28,862 nt of DNA from a virus (taxonomy: Duplodnaviria > Heunggongvirae > Uroviricota > Caudoviricetes). Location of the stretch: the IMG/VR virus record IMGVR_UViG_3300009515_000001; one strand, written 5' to 3'. Positions 25,701-28,862 of the stretch are shown here, piece after piece (position 1 is the first letter of the stretch; each line of letters begins with the position of its first letter). Both the position numbers and the translations under genes were made by a program. The notes under the pieces were generated by a model that made no database searches, had not been told where the DNA came from, and saw only the letters and a list, made by a program, of their open reading frames with translations.

Positions 25701-28700
25701 TAGGTTGTAGTGCAAACTCAACATCTTCTCAAACATTAGTAACTCAAGTTCCAGATCCAGTTGTAAACATGAGTGCAATAGCTGTTAACAATACAGTTTC
25801 ATTGGATTGGGATGATTCAACATTTGCAATAAATTACACAATAACAAGAGGAATTCTTAATGCAAGTCATATTATAATTGCTCAAGGTGTAACAACTTCT
25901 GATTATATTGATACTACAGTATCAACAAATGTAAACTACACATATTCAGCATGGGCTGTAAACAACAATGGAAACGGAACAACTGGATTCTCAAATTCAG
26001 TAATAACTAACGATCTACCAACAGCCCCACAAAACCTGGTAGGCGCTATGGGAATTGTAATTCCTGATCTGGAAGATGTGTTCTTGGATTGGGAACACCC
26101 ATTAGACAACGGAACAGGAGATCCAAGTACAGGTGTTGATATTATCCACTACCAAGTAGAAAGAAAGCAAGGAGTAGGTGCATTTTCATTCTTGGCAAAC
26201 ACATCAAATGCTGTTCCAGAATACGAAGATGAAACCGTAATTTCAGGAGCAAACTACACATACAAAGTACGAGGTATTAACGCATTAGGTTTCAGTCCAT
26301 TCAGTAACACATTCAGTATTATAACAACACCACTAACACCGCCACAAGCCCCAACTGATCTAACAGCAAACACATTAAGTGGAACAGAAATTAAGCTTGA
26401 TTGGTTAGCCCCAGTTTCAGGAGATCCACCAACAGACTATGTTCTTCAACAAAGACATGTAGGATTCGGTGGATTTGTTACACTTGCAACAATTCCAGCC
26501 CCAAGCCTAACATACACATCAACAGGTTTGGTTAGTGGCGACACCTATGATTATAGGGTTAGGGCAGACAACGGAGCTGGTTCAAGTCCGTATTCAAACA
26601 TAGCTACCAACGCAACATTTACAGTTCCAGGCGCACCATTAAACTTGATTGCAAATACAATAAACGATACTGCGATCTTTTTGGACTGGGATGTGCCAAG
26701 CTTCACAAACGGTGGTATAATAAAATATGAGATCGAAAGAGAATCACCAGAAAATGGTGGGTTCAGTAAGATAGCTGAAATTGCAACAACGACAGAATCA
26801 AACTTTACATCAACTGCATACAAGGTTGAAACAAACAACTTTGCAGGAAGCACTTGCCCTACTAACAGAATCGGTCCATCAACACTTTCAGGAGAAATGA
26901 GGGCTTCACCATCAAACAGTGTTTTAGATTGTGAAAGACAGGCATTTGAGTTTGATATATCATCAATCCCAACAGGTGCAATAGTAACAAATGCAACAAT
27001 AGAATATGACGTTACATTAGTAGCAGGGGGACCACCAAGAACCTGTGATTTCAACGACATTCAATTCCAACCATCTGCATATCCAGTAAACTTTACAGGA
27101 GCTTCAAACTTATGGGATGATATAGGAAATGGAACTAGCTTTATTGCAGGAAATACAGATTGTCAAACTATTGCTAATGATTACATAAGAGTATTGCCAG
27201 CAAGTGCTATTGCTGATATACAAGATAATATTGATGGTGCAGAAGGATGGTGGGCATTTGGTGGAAAGCTATCTAGTGAAGTAAGGGTATCAAGCCAAAC
27301 ACATAGAGCAGATACAGGTACTTTCCTATTAACACTTGAAATAATCAATGCAACAACAAGTCCAGATACTGAATATACAGATACAGGTTTAACACCAAAG
27401 ACTGAATATAATTATCGTGTTAATGCAACCAACCTAATAGGTTCTGGACCATACTCTAATGAGGCTAAAGATACAACCTTTGGTGTAGCAGGACCGCCAA
27501 TAAACCTAGCCTTTGATACAAACGGAGTTTCAACTATCACAGTAGAATGGGATGAACCAGTAAATAACTTTGGTTCTGCGGTAACAGGTTATAGAATAGA
27601 CCAAGCACAAGATGTTGGTGGAACATTTGTTACTGTAATTGGCAACACTGGAAACAACGTTGAACCACTTGAAGAAACATTCATCGGGTTGTTGCAACAG
27701 ACAACTTACATTTACAGAATTGCTGCGATCAATGGATTCGGTCTTGGTGACTTTAGTGCAAACCTAACAGCAGGAACATTCATCGGACCATCTGAACCAG
27801 AAAACTTCTTTGCACAGTTTAACGCAACAAAGCCATACAGTGTGTTCTTGTCATGGGAAACACCACTTAGCGATGGCGGTAAGCCAATTCAGGGTTACTT
27901 GGTTGAAAGAAAGAACGAATCAGGAGTGTTTGTTTTGATCGCAAACTTGACAAGTCCATTACTTCTAAACTATACCGATGATTCATTACTCCAGTTAATC
28001 GAACATGAGTATCGAGTTGCGGCATATTCAAACCCAATAGGATCATTTACTAGCGGATCAACTGCAACAGTAGTTCCACCGAACTTCACATCATTTGTTA
28101 TTAATGACTTTAATGTAGTGGGTGATGTATTAGGACAGGCATATACAATAGAGATCAATGACTGTTTCCCTGCATGTGTGTTAACTTCAGCAGATATTGA
28201 AAGAAATGGTATTGTAGAAGCAAACTATCTGGTAGGACAGCCACTCCCATTAGATACGCCACTTAACTTTACAACATTCTTCATAATACCAGTAGCAGGA
28301 TCACATGACATTAACACAACTGCAATAGTTACAAATCCAGGAACAACAGGAGATGATGAGGTCGGAGTTATAACAACAAGTTTCGAGTTCCAAGTGGATA
28401 CAATCTTCTTTAACCATTCAAGAAACACCGCATTTGATGAGCTAAACTTTGAACTTGTTAGACATCCAATTCCCTGGAACGCTGAATGTGAGCTTCGTGG
28501 TGGCAGACCAGCGGTTATAGATACAGTAATACCAGTCTTGCCTTTCGGTGGTACAATTACTTTGCCTGGTTCTATTGCAATAAATCCGTTTGATATTACA
28601 GCAACACTAAGCTTACAGGGAGTTGGTTCTTATGAAAGTCCGCCAACATTTGATGTAGTTCCAAGTAGAAATGCGTATATGGCCTGCTTTGATCCAGAAG

Positions 28701-28862
28701 ATATTCAAATTCTAGCATTTACAAGCTTTGGAACAGGAAACGGAACACTGGCATTAACTGGATTTACTGACCAGTTAGGAACATTCTTGGGAGTTCCAGT
28801 TCCATTCATATTCATAATTATACTTGCGGCAATCTGGACAGGAAGATCAGCTAGCACAGGAA
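19751..28862 (+). CDS. Giant (at least 3037 aa, 3' truncated) virion adhesin/tail glycoprotein: about 11 FN3 domains, two beta-propellers, lectin/CBM-like sandwiches, C-terminal membrane anchor; not in ORF track
   Basis: Translated by hand with no stop from ATG 19751 (TGATG overlap) to the window end. Signal/TM ending LLPEAYA; repeated FN3 motifs (P..P.NL.A...I.L.W...Y.I.R...Y.D..L...Y.Y.V.A.N..G.S..S); F.PDG...W/FD(L/I)ST blades; dozens of N-x-S/T sequons; TM FLGVPVPFIFIIILAAIW at the end. Confidence 0.92.
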   Translation, partial: MGKKRRKPYMSKPDPELREVKYILLGVVIVFLGYFVLFPVLSAPSMFLLPEAYAEDQNIIMLGDVNRPRQGGTGTTCPTITGPSSATDAGTSTIRHWRQSDATGCEVTTWTFDLDSTTHVLIPSYFNDFITGLSFIHDPTGVSTMGSACRLYEVSEQGVDPRLNITAAYEVVDGRNQNIVGSYNNCDTGGTAPEWLSSGTSNYLDSMALNSTFFSYGIQTLSDNRQVASDSTHNANTFMKLRFTNPTVLTNTMWMMQEHPKFPSSDITGGFFGIDDTTFTMDSNTLDDTEIGQVVVIKEFNKTTDSLDGSSIRITGGLVSQTSAADQWVRIEVKDGSYGTQTLNSFPEDEYDTYQDGGSLGVIHIQPTTSIETFDISFTPNWSNSTNDIVTVFIGVDDNSTAGSTIANITSVEWDSIIKYNFEDINQLNFYETSVELSSNSEIRVGANDYDAGFINMTNVTASGFSPSTLPTPSSPTDGFANATSTTTIDLTWNHNLLNVTDFEISRNGTKLTDTNNIDLNYTDTGLTEETPYGYTVCAINGDVKESTCTTMEAVTQATPIPDPVSDFDATAFETGVFLNWTKPSSTPELDTYHIERSFSLNGTWQFREIFPGSGGGSTICGFSGSSGPNDVWQMSSTGSTNYGACQTWINLPTELINNTKVHIDWEGEILGFQTGTYTIKTGYANQAVFGNPFTSLPVLDSSDIVIGTQGQPTLDTGLNVIGTPVTKSIVVTTGFPREISTYEPSAGEYAADTSNPYTALVIQVEDDITDGGAPALRIFSVNVTDATTDETLMFWNFTETNNAGLDNNIVFNYDYGTFDVDISNTEPDDATIFNTFEPVVSVNREQGWDEQGSITETSKSIDYGPQTNEIRFRDDGKTVIISHPVAGFGNPILKQYNLTQAWNLTTAVFYKDEPLNEINNILDGTLSAFDVKPDGTLLWATDTVSDEIFEFEMTTPWDLSTLDYTGGNSFFCRMTGEDAVCDKSSADNIFTLRFTTDGRFIIALDQTGALGQTEDKIYKYAMSTPYDIETLFERPQEYDLTSDANGGDSWNNMALSTNGTLLYLVSQEGGTCPQSDIVQRFELNNPFNITSANKIGFGRNICSNIDSPTGLNFKPDGTIMYVTGRDVSGGALDHTAQFALLDVSEPNSYYDYDVELNTDYKYQIFSENTNGNSTVTQSNSVLTNDKPAQVTGLTAVRNTPTQIDLQWDTIPDTSGQGDPSTGVLLQEYRIFRSENGGAFELVGVNERQSPPAIFFNDTSVNATFFYSYNVEACNELGCGNSSSSFFVATSPPKPQNLTATADIADVLLEWIGNSTTDDDYRIERGNATVVGSWTLGTSIPDEYDVSYNIGAGIFLSSDGQYLFLPDVLSDTVNRHTMSTPFEITTATSTQNSTDLTSTLGSKVSQITDIHFKRDGKTMFVLDNTNTDIYEYSLGTAWDLSTLAYNAEFTGLPSGMQGFWFTEDGLRVFLVRSTTDQVYKYNLTSAWDISTITFAQVVSSGASTGPFDIMVRPDGKFLGILDIGAGLNDSIDGYNMTTAFDLTTLVGAGGMNVGQSGAYAPEPRSMFIPPDGRAAYVDQVTPDDKAFQFNLNSTLLDNFLLGEFEIIVPSLVDSNVEFLSDDFTKYPDNATADLTWIPEVTGFDSADDVVGVNATLDKIMFTTSTSSGSNILFDLNALLGKNLTDSSGAGDFNMTWTSDLTQLDGDCSNLCVTGAMFVNLIDRDATQGGTQTGITTGYFYQGLNPSFEDDIALYVMEDQAPSLDEFNGNCNNHGPNPNPETLFHQITKIGNDINYKVGIDTTYGECSVSHTTVKTLDDIQYLTLRRTGTGSSSNDHGFRFDDFSISTNGTLVTLYRDKDVELGTAYTYRVTALNSTIPSEPSETASVLTNDFPEIVENAQAEFNIPTQVDIQWDELDFDSGAGNPTTGLNLTKYQIFRQNVTAATPYELAGEVFASSPPPNFFNDTSATFPSVFNYQISACNALGCSANSTSSQTLVTQVPDPVVNMSAIAVNNTVSLDWDDSTFAINYTITRGILNASHIIIAQGVTTSDYIDTTVSTNVNYTYSAWAVNNNGNGTTGFSNSVITNDLPTAPQNLVGAMGIVIPDLEDVFLDWEHPLDNGTGDPSTGVDIIHYQVERKQGVGAFSFLANTSNAVPEYEDETVISGANYTYKVRGINALGFSPFSNTFSIITTPLTPPQAPTDLTANTLSGTEIKLDWLAPVSGDPPTDYVLQQRHVGFGGFVTLATIPAPSLTYTSTGLVSGDTYDYRVRADNGAGSSPYSNIATNATFTVPGAPLNLIANTINDTAIFLDWDVPSFTNGGIIKYEIERESPENGGFSKIAEIATTTESNFTSTAYKVETNNFAGSTCPTNRIGPSTLSGEMRASPSNSVLDCERQAFEFDISSIPTGAIVTNATIEYDVTLVAGGPPRTCDFNDIQFQPSAYPVNFTGASNLWDDIGNGTSFIAGNTDCQTIANDYIRVLPASAIADIQDNIDGAEGWWAFGGKLSSEVRVSSQTHRADTGTFLLTLEIINATTSPDTEYTDTGLTPKTEYNYRVNATNLIGSGPYSNEAKDTTFGVAGPPINLAFDTNGVSTITVEWDEPVNNFGSAVTGYRIDQAQDVGGTFVTVIGNTGNNVEPLEETFIGLLQQTTYIYRIAAINGFGLGDFSANLTAGTFIGPSEPENFFAQFNATKPYSVFLSWETPLSDGGKPIQGYLVERKNESGVFVLIANLTSPLLLNYTDDSLLQLIEHEYRVAAYSNPIGSFTSGSTATVVPPNFTSFVINDFNVVGDVLGQAYTIEINDCFPACVLTSADIERNGIVEANYLVGQPLPLDTPLNFTTFFIIPVAGSHDINTTAIVTNPGTTGDDEVGVITTSFEFQVDTIFFNHSRNTAFDELNFELVRHPIPWNAECELRGGRPAVIDTVIPVLPFGGTITLPGSIAINPFDITATLSLQGVGSYESPPTFDVVPSRNAYMACFDPEDIQILAFTSFGTGNGTLALTGFTDQLGTFLGVPVPFIFIIILAAIWTGRSASTG

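Noticed and set aside
19918-28428. Minus-strand ORFs listed across the right third (e.g. 24511-24954, 26551-27060)
   Set aside because: All lie opposite the continuous giant plus-strand ORF, which has clear domain content.
1-28862. tRNA/rRNA genes, att sites, integrase, DNA polymerase, packaging ATPase, HK97 capsid/portal/terminase
   Set aside because: None recognisable by eye. Both window ends fall inside genes, so they may lie outside the window.

Overview
AT-rich, densely packed and almost entirely plus-strand segment. It reads as most of an archaeal virus genome, probably a spindle-shaped virus of an ammonia-oxidising archaeon (Nitrososphaeria); that assignment is inferred from sequence motifs, not from a database search. 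The left half (1-13950) holds many short, translationally coupled early genes (ATGA/TTGA/TAATG overlaps): Cys/His zinc-binding microproteins, winged-helix proteins, a MazG-like pyrophosphohydrolase and a 1119-aa SNF2-like SF2 helicase. The right half (14085-end) is a virion module: secreted glycoproteins, small membrane proteins, a GT-C-like glycosyltransferase (the only convincing minus-strand gene) and three paralogous two-helix capsid-like proteins. It also contains genes absent from the ORF track: a 54-aa ribbon-helix-helix repressor sitting on a palindromic operator, a 32-aa basic peptide, and a giant (at least 3037 aa) adhesin that runs off the window. In the adhesin, three of about eleven FN3 domains are split by inserted beta-propeller and beta-sandwich modules. 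No DNA polymerase, integrase, packaging ATPase, tRNA or CRISPR array is recognisable in the window.
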